Shown here in pieces: positions 61,851 through 64,000 of a stretch of DNA of 64,000 nucleotides (position 1 is its first letter; every line of letters begins with the position of its first letter). Origin of the DNA: Leucoraja ocellata. Its lineage: Eukaryota. Below the pieces are notes generated by a model. The model searched no databases. It was not told the origin of the DNA and saw only the letters and a list, made by a program, of their open reading frames with translations. The stretch covers positions 2,604,001 through 2,668,000 of the forward strand of contig JAWMAR010000082.1 of assembly GCA_036785375.1 (NCBI GenBank). Reading direction: 5' to 3'. Made by a program: the position numbers and the translations under genes.

Positions 61851-64000
61851 AAAGAGACCCAAAATCTGATACATTTACAAATAGTTCTTCACTATCTGTC
61901 CATAAACTGTATCCAATAGTCTGGCCATTTTCTACTCCACTCCTTGACTTTGATCATCTTGCCCCTCCAACTCTCTGCCGTATCACCATGGTACAGTTTA
62001 ATTGAATGACCTCAAGAGGATCCGGTTAGCCACATATCTCTCACAACTAATGGGTGAAGCATGGGACACCCACAATTTTAGTTCATTCTTGGAACCGTCA
62101 GTGATACAGTGATGAATGGGACCAGTTGGGAGCTTCTCCCAATCTTTATCCAAAACAAATAAGCTCAGCCTGATTTTCCTGAAATTGGGTGCAAGGGCTG
62201 TTTCTCAAAAAGTTTAAAAAACCCAATATTCATTGTTTTCCCCTCACCACAAAATCTCAATGATACCAGTTCCACTGCAAACTAAACTGTGCCAACAAAT
62301 ATATTGTTCTTTAAAATAAGATTTTCTTATTAATTTGGCAGTGTGATTTTAGACATTTATTTACGTAAAACAAAAGAACAATGGATATTAAAGAGCAAAT
62401 TGTGATGTGAGATGTCAGTATCCTGCAAAGGTTCCATGACATATTCTGCAAATTTCCATACACTGCCCATTTTGAATTTTACTGTTTTACCTAAAAAGTC
62501 CCAACATGCCTGAGCAATGTATGGCTCGTCAGTGGGACACCTTACTGCCAAGTGCCTCAACTCAATTTATGAATTTGGGCAGGTTGTAAATTGTAACACA
62601 ATAAAATGACAGGAACTCTCCTTTGCTGGAGGTGCTGGTGTCATTAAACAAAGGCCTCTTTGATTCCTGCAGGTGGATGTGAACGAGCACATAGGCCATT
62701 CGAATGGTATCCTCGTCTAATGTTGCTTTAAAAAAAAAATGCTCCTGTAACACTGACTGCACTGTAAATGGCCTTAGGCTCACCTGAGGACTAGATGGGG
62801 CTTCTCCCATTTCAATGAAAAATATCAGAATGAGAACTGTGGCCACAGGATTGGTACTGCAGAAATCTGCATTATGCTGAAAGACTGGAGCAATTTGAGT
62901 TTCTTATCCTTCAAAGGAAACTGTTGTGAGGTGATTTTAAAGCTATTCAATACAGTAATAATACAGAAAAAGCATCATAAATCAATCATTCATGACTCTG
63001 GGTTAAATAATTCCTATTGAAAAAATGAGAGGCGTACCATTATAGGGAAGTGTGTTGATCTATTCTATTACTGTGGTAACAAAGATAGTAAACGCTATCT
63101 ATTAAATCTTATGATTACAGGTAAGGAAAATCATTCAGCCAGTCTTTCTCATTTGCAGTTTTCAAATGAGCTTTATTGGATTCAAGGGTCTTAATTTGGT
63201 TATGGGGTGCAGAAGACTAATCTATGCATGCTGCAACATATTCAATTTAGTAAATGGTACATGTGGATAAATATAATTCAGCACTTTGTCAAACGCTGGC
63301 TCTTGCTGACACTAACCATCAAGAGAACGAGGTGGTTCCAATCAAATGCCAAATTTAGTGCACAACTAAGACTACATGCAAGATAAATGTTGTGACTGAC
63401 CTGGCCCAACCTGTTCTAACTGAGCAGGTTCGGTTAAATTTGGAACTGTTGAATCATCAATACATGAACAGAATTTCCCGGTAAAATATACAGAACATAA
63501 ACTGGAATATATCAAAGAAGAGGTTTGGTTGCTGCAATTGACAATTCAGAACTTTCCCAGATGGATGTATAAAGATGGGTTGAAAGGACTCGTTTATCCA
63601 TAATTACCATGAGCTTTTATTAGCTGGTTGTTGTTCTTGTTATCATGGAAATATAACAAGTTAGCCCTGCTGGCATCAGTGTAATCACCTGCAAGGCTCT
63701 GCTTTTTATTCATCCAAATAGGAATTAAATTGTTTAACAGTTTCATAAATGATTGATGTGACACAATGATTATTTCCATCAGTGTGTAGGCTATTCATCA
63801 TAAACTATTTTAAGCCAAAGGCATGTTCAACCCACCAGAATATATTTATATCACAGTGATTCATTATTTTGTTAACACAGTCAGCTATAGCCTTAAAACA
63901 TTATAAATAATGAATGTTTAATTTAAATAAAGGCTTTTATGTAGATCCAAGAGACCTTTTCACTGCCCTCCATCGTACTAATTCAAAAAGCCTGCAAACA

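Overview
Vertebrate genomic DNA, almost certainly from a cartilaginous fish (skate/ray-type repeats: HE1-like V-SINEs, HER1/CR1 LINE tails, Penelope remnants). The window holds the last two coding exons of FAM53B on the minus strand (59870-60654 and 13294-13647), separated by a ~46.2 kb intron. The probable 3' UTR runs down to ~10.9 kb. The rest is non-coding and dense in mobile elements: CR1, RTE, Rex1/Babar-type, Penelope, V-SINE, a Deu-domain SINE, Harbinger MITEs, a hAT/P-type TIR element and a non-autonomous Helitron. The most striking non-genic pattern is a family of ~20 short (90-280 bp) Penelope-terminus-derived inserts. They carry a minimal hammerhead-ribozyme-like core (CTGAAGA-AGGGTCTCGACCC-GAAACGT). 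Many are flanked by 7-15 bp target-site duplications, and many are fold-back (head-to-head) pairs that pivot at or near that core. All family names come from recalled consensus features, not from database searches.
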